The position numbers were made by a program, and so were the translations under genes. DNA of 64,000 bases from Sphyrna mokarran (taxonomy: Eukaryota), in contig JAGIQG010000024.1 in assembly GCA_024679065.1 (NCBI GenBank), positions 26,226,001 through 26,290,000 of the forward strand, given 5' to 3'. Positions within the stretch are counted from its first letter, which is position 1; every line of letters starts with the position of its first letter. The notes beneath the pieces are model-generated. The model was not told the origin of the DNA. It did no database searches and was given only the letters and a program-made list of their open reading frames with translations. This document shows, piece after piece, positions 24,824 to 36,329 of the stretch.

Positions 24824-26384
24824 CCTATCATAGTTTGAATCTTAGAAACTGACTGTACATCCTCAATGAATCACCATTCATCACTTTTAAAGCTGGAAGG
24901 TCTGAGTGTGAGTCAGACCTGATGGTTCTAGAAATAGATTAAATTGGAAAATTAGCAAAAGCATTTACACAGTCATTTTTTTTTTTACCATTTCCACATT
25001 GTTGATACATTAAATCATTTTACTTTGGAAGGATTGGAATTGAAAATAGCTATGTAGGTACTGAGTGAAGGGTGTGGATTGTTTGTTCTAAATATGCACT
25101 GCATCACAGTTGATATATCAAATGTGCATCAGACCTCACGTTTCCATTAATGCATCTGAATCTCCAGCAAGTCACATGAATTGATGATTAAAAGTAATTT
25201 AAGTCATGGATTAAAAAGTTACAGGAATTATATAAAGGGATTGTCTTGGGGCATGAGAAACACTAAAGAGATACGCAAATATTATGAATTAGGGTATACA
25301 GGTAAGCACCACCGTAGAAACAAAAAGTGGCAAGATCACAATTTTGGCATTGTGCTTGGCAGACATAAACCAAGCCTCATCCAAAACTTGGTCTTTAAAA
25401 CCAATTTACTAAAAATTAGATCTGCATCGCTGATATGAACTCTATACGTATGGGTAAGTACCTCTACTAAGATTCCAGTGTATGGACTGCTATGGATAGG
25501 ATTGAGAGAGCATCAAAACCATTGTAGCTTTCTCAGTAAAAAAAACACATTGCAGATAGTAAAGAATATATGACAGTCAATTTAAATAACAGAAGCAAGC
25601 TTTTGTGGAGATAGATACACACACATACACAGGATGTACGGTCAGTTTCTAAGACATATATAATACACACACACGCACTTCCATGCTTTCACTTCAAAAG
25701 GCCAAATGCCATATCACACTCACACATAGATACACATACAAAAAAAATATAATTCAAGAGAATCATGCACTTTGATAAGTTGTAAATAAAAAAATTGTTT
25801 GTAGTTCATGTAGGAGAAACAGTTGAAAGCCTATTAAAGATGACATTTTCACTCCGAAAGGGTATTTTTGGGTTGGTTCAATAGCTGGAGTCATATTAGG
25901 ATTTTTGCAGGTTTCCCTCTTAGAAGGACGTTCAACTGGTCATGAAGTGTGTCACTTGTTTTCTTACCTGGAACTTAAGTGCGTGTCCTGATGGACTTCA
26001 AAAAAGGAACAAGGTACGGATATTTTTAACAATACTCTCCATTGTTTTAACAAGGCATAGGATCTTATTGCCTTTGGCTGCTGCTGTTTTCTGCAAATGG
26101 AGTTCCTGTGCCAATAAACTAGTTCTTAGGATAATAAATTTATCTGCAGCTGGTTTTGGTAACATGGTGGCAAGTATTAGTGCCACATAATGGGTTGGAG
26201 CCAGGGTGATTGATACATTATAGCGAAACGATTGATAACCCATGAACTATATCAGCTATGATTAGCACACTATACGACATTATTTGATATTCCATATTCA
26301 TGGTTCCAACACATCATGCAGTCATTGTTTGTTAGATCTCTTCCATTGACCTGATAAGGATGGCCCCTTGGACTCAAGAAAAGT

Positions 26385-26948
26385 TCTTGGCTATCAGTTT
26401 CTGCTCAGTGACTCTGCACTGTCGTATGTTGTGAAGGCTACCTTGGAGATGTTTATCTGAAGATCAGAGGCCAAATGCCTGTGACCACTGAAGTGTTCGA
26501 CAATAGGAAAGTAACAGTCTTACCTGGTGATTGTCAAGTGGTATTCGTTCATCCGTTGTCATAATGTCTGCATGGTCCAAGTTCCGCACACATGATGGCG
26601 GCCTCAACCGGGATCTTGGGTTCATGTCACACTTCTGTAAGCCCCATGACTTGCCTGAACTTGTAACATCTCACTTACTGTCCTGTCTGGAGACAACACA
26701 CATGTCTTTAACCTATGCTTAAGCTATCTCCGCTCACGTTGTTTGCACCTTTAAGACTTGAATGCAGATTAACTACAAAGACTTCCATTTCTGACCAGTA
26801 TTCTGTAAACTGTGTGTGCCTTTATATGCCCTGTTTGTGATCAGAACTCTCCACTTACCTGAAGGAGCAGCGTTCTGAAAGATAGTAGCATTTATTACCA
26901 AATAAACCTATTGGACTTTAACCTGGTGTTGTGGGACTTCTTACTGTG
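26385..26948. mobile_element. Penelope-like element with internal inversion (GIY-YIG region on -, C-terminus and 3' end on +)
   Basis: Minus strand 26577->26385 resembles TMQTL.QRMN...VEHFSGHRHLASDL..LQGSLH..RQCRVTEQKLIAK; plus strand from 26578 gives KFRTHDGGLNRDLGFMSHF and the AAATAAACCTATTGGACTTTAACCTGGTGTTGTG end. Confidence 0.75.
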
Positions 26949-28361
26949 TCTTAATAAGCCATTCCATCAACTACGAGTAGCTTGTTCGAGAAAGCCCAAA
27001 ATGTCTTCTTTGGGCAATTAGGAATGGGCAAAAAAATGCCAGTCATGCCAATACCCAGCAAAAAGTGCAGATCGTTTGAGTAAAATTCAAACATTAAACA
27101 GATTTAGAAATTTTCAATCAATACTTTTTTGTACCTTGCACCATCCACAACACACTACAAATCAAGTCCTGATATTCGCTCTTAAAATGATTTTTTTTTG
27201 ATCTACATTCATGGATGTTAGTAATGGAGACCGCAATGCATTTCCCAGAATGGACTCTGGTTTTGTCTTCATTAAATCTTATCCATTAATCAGAGCTTGC
27301 CTGTAAAATGTGTGGTTCATCATTAGCATAAAGCACTCTCAATTCAGATATGATGTAGTTAGATGCAGAGCTAAGTTTTTTTACTCTCCCCTACCAATAT
27401 CTCAGTTGCAAGCTGAAAAAAATCCATATTTCACCAGGATAATTATTCTCACCACATCAGCCCTCATTCGATCATCTGGTTGGAATTACATTCTGATATA
27501 TATGAACTGCTTTGTTGTGTTTTGAATGTTTACAGAATAAAAGTACTAACAGGTGATGGCCTTTCAGCCCCTCATGTCATGTTGAGGTCCACATTTTCAA
27601 CTTTTATACCTAATCTTACAAGTTTTTTACTAAAAAATATTTGTCCAACTCTATATATGTAATCAATTTCCATCACATTTTCAGATACACCATTCTAGAC
27701 ACTGACAATTCCAACTGAAAAAAAATTCTCATCTTCCCTCTAAATCTTTCACCAATGATTTCAATGTATGATCTTTGGTCATTGACCCATTCATTAGTTA
27801 ACTATGTAGAAAGAGTGTAGGAAATTATATGTGGCAGGAAAGTTGGGTAGAAGCCATTTCCACCAGTAACACTTCTCCCAAATTTCTTTTTATTTTAGTC
27901 AGTTCAGGACTATAGTGAGAGCCAGTGGTGCCGAGTTTCTTGCTTTCACACTTTTAAGGCATGCTATGCAAATTAGACTGATTTACCAAGTACAGCCAGC
28001 CTGAGTAACAGAAAAATCTTTAGAGTTTGAATATAAGTTTCTGCAGCTGGGAAACATTTTCTGGCAGTCATTTGTTTTGCCATGTTCCACACATACCAGA
28101 ACTTACTGATATTAGGTCACTGGCAGAATTTCAATCCTTCGCTAGCAGTGGATCAGGTATGGCATTTCCCATGGGTATATTCTTGAACATTATGAAAAAG
28201 GGAGAAATCCCTTTTTCATAAATCCTGAATAGTCTGCCAAACTCTGTCACTTCTGTTAATTTCAGGGAAAATCTCCTTCAATTCAATTTTCTAAAACTGA
28301 AATACTTCTTAAACTATTGAACAATTTAAGCATTCCACAACATCCAAAGTACATGTCTTTG

Positions 28362-29528
28362 TGTGAAGAAAGCAGTGGTAGTTTTAGATGAGCTGTATTG
28401 TTAAATATGGCATAGATATAACTGAGTTAAATTAAGTGTTTGCGTATAAGGAAGGGCAAACCTATAACCAGATTCATGTTGGATAAAGGCATTTGCTTGT
28501 GTGGGGCTTTAAGTTTCAGTTAAAACTGTGTTTCTGCAGTGCTCAAGAGAAATTTGAGGTGTGAAAAGTAAATAAAAGATTGGAGAAGGAAAGACATATT
28601 TCTTAGAGACCAGGGCCACCTTTAGGGAAAATAACTGAGTTTAATTTTAATTGGAAGCTAGAATAGAAGAAGCTTCACAGCCGAGTGGGAACATCTCCCT
28701 CAGCTCTGTTAGAAGAGCCATAACACAATGAAAGGGGCAAAAAAACGTAAAGAATAGCTAGTTAAAGAAACTAGAGAAAGTAAGACAAGTTTGCGAGAAG
28801 ACTTAATTAAAGGAACAGAGGAAACAGGAGCCAGAACATATTGTTCAGTGAAGTCAGACAGCACTGAGAAAGGGTTGGTTAGTGAGAAGCCAGAAAAATT
28901 CTGAAATGGTTCAAAGGTGTGTAGTATCTTACTGGTTTGAAAAACATTAGTTGAAATAATTGTGGAGCAATTGCTGGCTGGATTTTAGAGTTTGTGTGGA
29001 AGCATTCAAGACAACGGAATTCTGAAATGAGAGTTGGAAAACCTGGCAGTGGATCCTTTGTGAACAGATGATGGAAAGAGTTATTGGAAGAAAGATTTTA
29101 AAGCATATCTTTTTGAGTGTGTCATATGAGTGCTTCCAAATTCCAATCATCTGGAGGGAACTGGAGAAGAAATCCATGCAAGATTGATTGAGTGACATCT
29201 GCCATTTATTGCGAGGGGAAGGAGGAGGAGGCTAGTGCTGCCTAATCACAGTCAGCCAGTTTAAAGGGGCTATGTATTTACTGAAAACCTTATAAGCATA
29301 GGATATATTTTGTAACTTGTGTTTTCCCCAAAATCTGCACGCCTTTGAGAAGATAAATTTAGGAGCAAAGGAATATTGTATTATAACTAAACATTTCATA
29401 TTTAATCAACTTCGGTTGTTAAAAGCTGATTGGCAGACTCTGTTACTCCATATTTTCAGAAAAAAGTAGAAGTTATGGTCTTTGGAGCCAGATTCCCATC
29501 TAGTAGTAACATCACTGGGTTCATAACA
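28362..29528 (+). mobile_element. Probable solo LTR (~1.15 kb)
   Basis: Begins TGTGAAG and ends CATAACA; purine-rich interior distinct from flanks; interrupts CR1-like remnants; no TSD found. Confidence 0.4.
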
Positions 29529-30599
29529 CTGTTTCCAGTAAGTCTTTTGGTCTCTACCATCCCATCTATTCACTTCCTACGGCTCTAGTATATATATCCT
29601 CTTGTCCAAGGATGCGTGTTGAACTGGTTCAGTCATCTATTATTAAGGGTGGCTGGACCACATCACCCTCTCTTGCCAAAACTGATCACTGTTCCCAGAC
29701 TATCACATGGAGCAAATATACCCTTAATTTCAATTCTCCACAACCAAAAGCTGCCTTAAATGGCTCTTGCTTTCCTCTTTCATCCACGCTAATAAGATGT
29801 GTACCTGCAGACCTTGGAGGCTACTAATTCATTTGCATCACTTGCTTCAGCTTGCTCAGCAGGCTATACCTCTCCTGCCCTCACCTTTAACCCATCTTCC
29901 CCAGTTTCTTTGGCTTCTCCCATACCTCCAAGTTTATCTTTTCCATCAGACCACCAACCTGCTCTCTCGACCCATTAAAGCAGTGACCATTAACTTCCTT
30001 CCTTGAATCATGCTAGCTCTATTAAACTGTTTCCCCTTCTGCATTTCAAAATTCTTGGTTTCAAAACAACTGTCACCAATTCCTCATTAAATTCTCTACT
30101 CACTCTTCTTCGGTCCTTGCAAATTAGACCCTGTCACACACTTTGATACCCATTCCATTGCAAAGTGTTAAGTCTATACAGACCCTCATCTGTTAACTCA
30201 TCAAAACTCATTTAATTTGGTTAAACATGATTTGCCAGTAACAAAACCATGCTGGGCTTCAATTAATCTACACTTGTCCAAGTGAGTGCCAATTATGCCC
30301 TATATTATTGTTCCTATAAGCTTTCCCATCAAAGTTAAATTGACTGTCCTGCAATTGCTCGGTTTTTGGTCTTTCTCAAATGATTCCAACTGCCAAATGA
30401 ATGTTCATCTTTCCTGGGACTGCAAACTTGAATCTTTTCAAACAAACTGCTGCTCAATCCTAAACAAAGGGCATGCAGTGCACACTCAAGCCTAAGTCAT
30501 TGATATATATTTACCAAAACAAAACAATGCTGTGTATGCCTGGCGATTCCACTATAAACTGTTACGCAAATTACAAACGAGATTGTCATTGACTTTAGG

Positions 30600-30836
30600 T
30601 AGCATAAAGAAGAACATGCCCCAGTCTACGTCAACAGGGATGAAGTAGAAAGGGTTGAGAACTTCAAGGTTTTAGCTGTCCAGATCACCAGCAACCTGTC
30701 CTGGACCTCCCATGCCCACATCACGGTTAAGAAAACCCACCAACACCTCTACTTTCTCAGAAGACTAAGGAAATTTGGCATGTCAGCTACGACTCTTACC
30801 AACTTTTACAGATGCACTATTGAAACCATTCTTTCT
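30600..30836 (+). mobile_element. Rex1/Babar-like LINE RT fragment
   Basis: Encodes ITSNLSWTSHAHITVKKTHQHLYFLRRLRKFGMS...NFYRCTIETILS, typical of the Rex1-group RT C-terminal region. Confidence 0.7.
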
Positions 30837-30839
30837 GTT

Positions 30840-31093
30840 AGGGTGGTATGACAGCACTATCTCTCACAGCTCCTGGGTTCGATTCCTGACTTTGGTCACT
30901 GTGTGGAGTTTGCACGGTGTCCTCGTGTCTGCATGGGTTTTCTCCAGGTTCTCCTGTTTCCTCCACAGTCTAAAACATGTGTTGGTTAAGTGCATTGGTC
31001 TAAACAGGTGCCTGAATATGGCGACCTGGTGAACTTTAGAGTAAATTCATTGCAGTGTTAATGTAAGCCTTACTTGTGACTAACAAATAAACC
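30840..31093 (+). mobile_element. HE1/V-SINE-like SINE
   Basis: GGGTTCGATTCC B box, conserved core, TTGTGACTAACAAATAAA tail. Confidence 0.8.
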
Positions 31094-31299
31094 TTTTTTC
31101 CTTCTCCTTTCTTCCTTATCTTTCCTGAACACCTTGTATCCAGGAGTATATAGTACACATTTCTTCATTTTTTGAACTACGACATCTTTATTGCCAAATC
31201 ATATTCCCAAGCACCTATTTACAGCTGCAGTTCAGCAACTCAATTTACATGCTTTTTTTTTACCCAGGTGCATTGTAAACCTGTGTTTGTTCTTATTTC

Positions 31300-32100
31300 A
31301 GCAAGAACAGAAATTGCTGAAAAACTTCAGCAGGTCTATCAGCATCTGCAACGAGAGAACAGAACCGATGTTTCAAGTCTAAATGGCTCTTCGTCAGCAC
31401 TGAAAATAGAATGAGATAATAGTGGGCTGTGGTTGCTAGATAGAGTCAGTGATTGATAGAGATTGACAAAGATCTTATAAAAACAAAGGAAATATAAATA
31501 CTGAAAGCAGCATATTAGAATGTGGTAATGGCAGAACAAAAAAGTGAGCAGTGTCAAAGTATGACCTGAAACAGGCAACAAATGACCCTAGTAGATTCGG
31601 AGGGGGAGGGGTGGAAGGGAAACTGGGAAGGAGTAAAAGATGGAAAGTGAGATTTAAAAAGATTGAAAAATTAAACAACAAAGAAATGAAAATACATTTT
31701 AAAAAAACTGATGGAAATGGAGATACAGAGATCATGGTCTGACATTGTTGAACTCAATGTTTGAATGATTGTAAAGTACCTAATGGGAAGATCATGCACT
31801 GAACTTCACTCGAATAGAGCAAGAGGTCAACGGCCGACATGTAGTGTATACGTCACCATGACAACAGGGTAGTGTATTAAATTGGCAAGCAACAGGAAGG
31901 TCTGGATCATGCTCGTGGATGGTCCAAAGGAGTTCTGCAGTCACCCAGTCTGCGTTGTCTTTCCAATGTAGTCTGCATTGGGAGCAGCTAAGCAATAGAC
32001 CAGATTAAAAGGTGCACATGAAGCGCTACTTCATTGGAGTGTTTATGTTTTTGGATGGTGAGCAAGGAGGCGGTAAAGGGGCAAGTGTTGCACCTTCTTA
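31300..32100 (-). mobile_element. Penelope-like element 3' part (GIY-YIG C-terminus, 3' UTR, hammerhead-like end)
   Basis: ORF 31792-31995 ...AELLWTIHEHDPDLPVACQFNTLPC and downstream IFPLGTLQ..NIEFNN match Penelope ORF ends; CTGACGA...GAAACATC core at 31397-31367. Confidence 0.7.
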
Positions 32101-33109
32101 CTATATCCCCTTAGTTTTATCCCAAGTAATGCTTTACTATTTATTTGCATCATCTGCCTCTCCCAATTCCTACAAACTTTGTTTCTTCTTTCTAATGCTA
32201 CATCTTGCTTCCCATCCCCCTGTCAAATTAATGTAAACCTTTCACACACTGCTCCATAAGTACGTTTGTCCTAACCTTGTTGAAATGCAACCCGTCTGGT
32301 TTGTATAGGTCATACCTTCACCAGAATTGGATGTTCCTGAATCCCAAGTCCTAGGGACATGAATCAAAATTTTGCAAGTCAATTAAATGAGCCAAATACT
32401 CTTCCTTACCTTGTTCTCCATGATGAAGCTGACGTATACAGGTGAAACCATATTTTAATGGCTGAACTCCAAAGTACATCAGAGCCCGTTTTGTTTCAAT
32501 TGAACAATCTCAAGTAATGAAACAAATTTAATAGGCTGAAGACACTGCAGCAATGCAAGATTAATTACTCATGGTCCTCAAGGCAGGTTCAGTTCACCAT
32601 GAAGTTCAGCATTGTCACATGGCTGTTTGTTATTTTGTTTGAACAGTAAAGTCTGTAAAACGAAATGTGTCATTGTCATAATTTACTTGCCCATTTCTAT
32701 TTAATTAATTTGGTCACTAGCATTTATTCTGCCATATGCTGAAGACGTGATTCTGTATATTGAGTAAGCTGAATATGGTGACAAACCTTTTTGGTTTGAC
32801 CCCTGGGCTTACTGGAGATTACCTTCATGCTTTGCAACTGAAGTACGCTCCAGAAATTCTCCCTCGGGAACGTGGCCTCACTTTCAGGTGCTGACTGAGA
32901 CATTAAAAACTTTCCAAAGCAACATTCCAAGCTCTAAGTGATTTTGGATTGGGAACAATTCTTCTCCACATGCACCTCCATGTGTGGTTCAGTTAGTTAC
33001 CTGGGGATGTCACCAATAGAAGGATGTTTTCTTACTTCTTTTTGGTATTTTTGTTAATAGCATTTTAAACATTGCAGTAGAAACCTGATCAACATGATGC
33101 ATCAATGCA

Positions 33110-33305
33110 TTTGATTCAAACTTACTGCCGCATAGCACAGTGGAGTCTGAATCACTAAGTGGTTTCAAGGAGGAGATAGAGATATACTTCTGATTTAAAA
33201 AATGTGTTAAAGGTTGGGGGGATAAATTTGAGACCAGAAAGAGATCAGCCATGATCTGATTAAATGGCAAAGCAGACTCGAAGGGCTGAATTGCTTACTT
33301 CTGTA
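33110..33305 (+). mobile_element. CR1 3' terminal fragment
   Basis: TTCAAGGAGGAGATAGA...GATCAGCCATGATCTGATTAAATGGCAAAGCAGACTCGAAGGGCTGAATTGCTTACTTCTG. Confidence 0.7.
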
Positions 33306-33479
33306 AACTGGGAAGTTTACACTAGGATGAGTGAGATGATCATTTAGAGTCAAAAGCAGTATTCAGTATTGTCTGTGTTTTCTGAAAGTGAATCCTGTCA
33401 CAAGATAAGCACCAAGTTCAACAGAAAATGTGTCTCTGGAACAGGGAAATTCTCCATGCCTTTGAATAATCAATACTAA

Positions 33480-34370
33480 GACAAGAAAAGCAGTACTTAT
33501 TTTTTTTAAGTTACTGAAAGCACATTTGTTTTTGAATACAAAAAATGAATGTTTGACTCATTGGTACAATTTCAGTTGAAGATTCACACAGCGACATGGT
33601 CAGACTAGATATCAATAGAATATAAATACGGCTGCTCATGTAGCCCCAGTGGTCAGTTCAAAAGAACAAAAAGCAGCATAAAAAAGTGAGAGAAAGGCCC
33701 CGCTAGCAACTGCTGGTGTGGCCCACATAATAATCATCAGCTGCTATTAAAGTGTCCTTTATACTGCTTACAAGATAGCAATAGTCTTTTACAACTTGCA
33801 TGTGCACTTTTTGTCATAATTATTTGCGTAACTTTCAGCAGGCAAAAATGAACAATCTTAAAAATAAGTAAAACTGTACATCACTCCATTTTTTTTTCCC
33901 ACTTTAAATACTCCGTGAGGTATCCGTGATTTCTAACAAACACTGCAGCATTTGTCTTGCTTACACAGCAAGTCAAGTTTTCTTTTAAAGGGTTGTATCC
34001 TAAATGCAAGTTTGTTTTTAAAAAAAGCAGTAGTTCAAATATTCAATAGAACATGAACACGTTTTAAATTTCCTTTCTTTTTAAAAGCATTCTCACTTCC
34101 CTCAGACACAGAGGTCATGGGAACAAAATATGGATGTTTTATCTACATAAATATTCACATGAAAAAACTTTTAACTTACAAAAACAAAAACAGATAAGGT
34201 ACAATGATAAGGCAGCATTAGACCACAATTAATCTTTTACAATGGTGACAACAGTACTTTTTTTTTTGTAGAATATCATACATCTGGTGGCTTCTAAAAC
34301 AGGGTGTGTAAGTGTGGGTGTGTATGTCTGTGTGTGTGAAGTGACTATCTATTCCACAGTATCATTTATA
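33480..34370 (-). other. macf1: Probable MACF1 3' UTR (true end not determined; first canonical AATAAA I found is at 32728-32723)
   Basis: Repeat-free and U-rich on the sense strand directly after the stop codon. Confidence 0.55.
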
Positions 34371-34618
34371 TTATCTTCTGGTGTTTGTATTTTTTGGGGT
34401 AGTTTTCTTCGAGGGTGTTGGGATTTTTGAAGGTTTTGTAGAACTCTTTCTTGAACTTGCTTGGGATCCTGCTGTGCTGGATTCAGAAATATCTGAACAC
34501 ATCGACTGTGTCTCCAAAAGGTCAAAATCAGATGCATCACTGCCTCGCCGACTATTTGCTCTGCTGCCAGCACGACTCCCAGCCCTACTCGTCGGCCTAC
34601 TTGGTGTCCTTTTAGAAT
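34371..34618 (-). CDS. macf1: MACF1 terminal coding exon (GSR repeats, SxIP EB-binding motif, stop)
   Basis: Acceptor ctttctcccttctatag|, phase 1. Reads (D)[90 protein letters not shown] is the MACF1 form (dystonin has DFDISEIQS). Confidence 0.95.
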
Positions 34619-35089
34619 CTATAGAAGGGAGAAAGACAAAAGAACAAATAAGTTATTCATGGAAGATGTTACATTTAGTTGCTAGCACCATATCACTTAG
34701 ACATGTTAGTCTTTCCCTGCGCCCCAAAGTAATGTCCTTTGTCCTAAGAATTGAGAGATTAAAAGCTGTTTTCTATTTCTCCCTCCCAATCTTCTTCTCC
34801 CCAACATGCTATGATACAACTTAACCAGACTACTTCTGGGCCCTGTGAATTCATAGCTTGAAGATAGGACAACTGAATCCAATGCTGACTTGCTCGAGTA
34901 TTTCCAGAAATCTATTTTAATTCAGGGAGGTGAAAGCCAATTCTTTAAGTGTAGTAACACAATAATTCAGCCATTTAATGCCAATGTCATTGTGCTTTAA
35001 AGGATTCTCATCTGCTATCATTTTAATTACATGATTTGTCTCAAACGTCAGAGATTTGACAGCAGTCCCATGTCACTTTCATAGCAACA

Positions 35090-35480
35090 TTTTTTATTTT
35101 GATTTATTGTCACATGTATTAGCATACAGTGAAAAGTTTTTTGTGCACTACGCAGACAAAGCATATCATTCATAGAGAATGAGACAGCACAGAATACAGG
35201 GTTACTGTCATATCTAGGGTGTAGAGAAAGATCAATTTAATGCAAGGTAGGTCCATTCAAAAGTCTAACAGCAGCAGGGAAGAAGCTGTTCTCAAGTCAG
35301 TTGGTATGTGACCTCAGACTTTTGTATCTTTTTCCCAAAAGAAGTGGAAGAGAGAATGTCCAGGGTGTGTGGGGTTCTTAATTATGCTGGCTGCTTTGCG
35401 GAGGCAGCAGGAAGTGTAGGCAGTAAATGGATCTGAGCCTGGTTTGCATGATGGGCTTCGTTCATGACCTCCTGTCATAT
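35090..35480 (-). mobile_element. Rex1/Babar-like LINE 3' fragment
   Basis: ORF 35314-35610 contains SCCLRKAASIIKNPTHPGHSLF; tail ...CATGTGACAATAAATCAAATAAAA on the minus strand. Confidence 0.7.
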
Positions 35481-36329
35481 TCATTTTGTTGGATTTCGAA
35501 CTACAGACTGGTTCGATCCCTTCATGAAAGTATCTAGTGATTCTATATAACATCCCACATGAGAAAATATACAAATCAATTATCCCCTCACTACTTTTAG
35601 GAATGAGCAACTAGTCCAGAAATAATGACTGCCGCACTAAATTGTGATCAAACATATTTGACTGTATATCAGCTAACTGCATTTCTCTTTTGTACAGAAT
35701 TTTTCTCAGCCAATTTTTTCTCTCCCATCTTCCACTTGTTCAGGTACAGTTTCACGGGAGCCAGTTCTCAAGTGGATAGTATCTGTGTGTCAGCTTTAAT
35801 ACTAAGTGTTGGAAGAGAATTTCATGAGGACACCTCAGTTGAGCTGGAATTGAAGGTAATTATCTTTTAGCTGCTTAACCCTAAAAGCAGTAATGTCACA
35901 CACACGACAGTCATGTTACAACAAATCACTATGAAGAAACAAATTGAAGCATCCAATGGTGAGCAGAGTTATTCTTATTAATTTTTGATTAGTTTCATGA
36001 AAATATTGAACTTGAAATTCTGGGCAGTAAATATGACCCAATTCTGATGAGGGATGGATGTGTGCAGAACCACCAACAAACAAGTGAGGATGAGAGAACA
36101 ATGAGGGTGAGAAGCTTAGGTGTATTAGAGGTGAACATAGCTAAAACTTAAAAGTGTACACCACTGGAACAAAATGGAAATAAGTTGTTTAGTAGCAGAA
36201 AGATGAAATGTTTGAAATAAAGGCATAATGCTTTTAAGTGCAGTAAAATTTCTTGCAGAAGTTGAATCAGACACAAAATGGATCTAAGCAAAAGATGATG
36301 TTGGGGAAGATTATGAAGTAGAACTTAAA

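Noticed and set aside
34381-34824. 147-aa plus-strand ORF (and 74-aa minus ORF 34349-34573)
   Set aside because: Antisense and off-frame shadows of the MACF1 terminal exon
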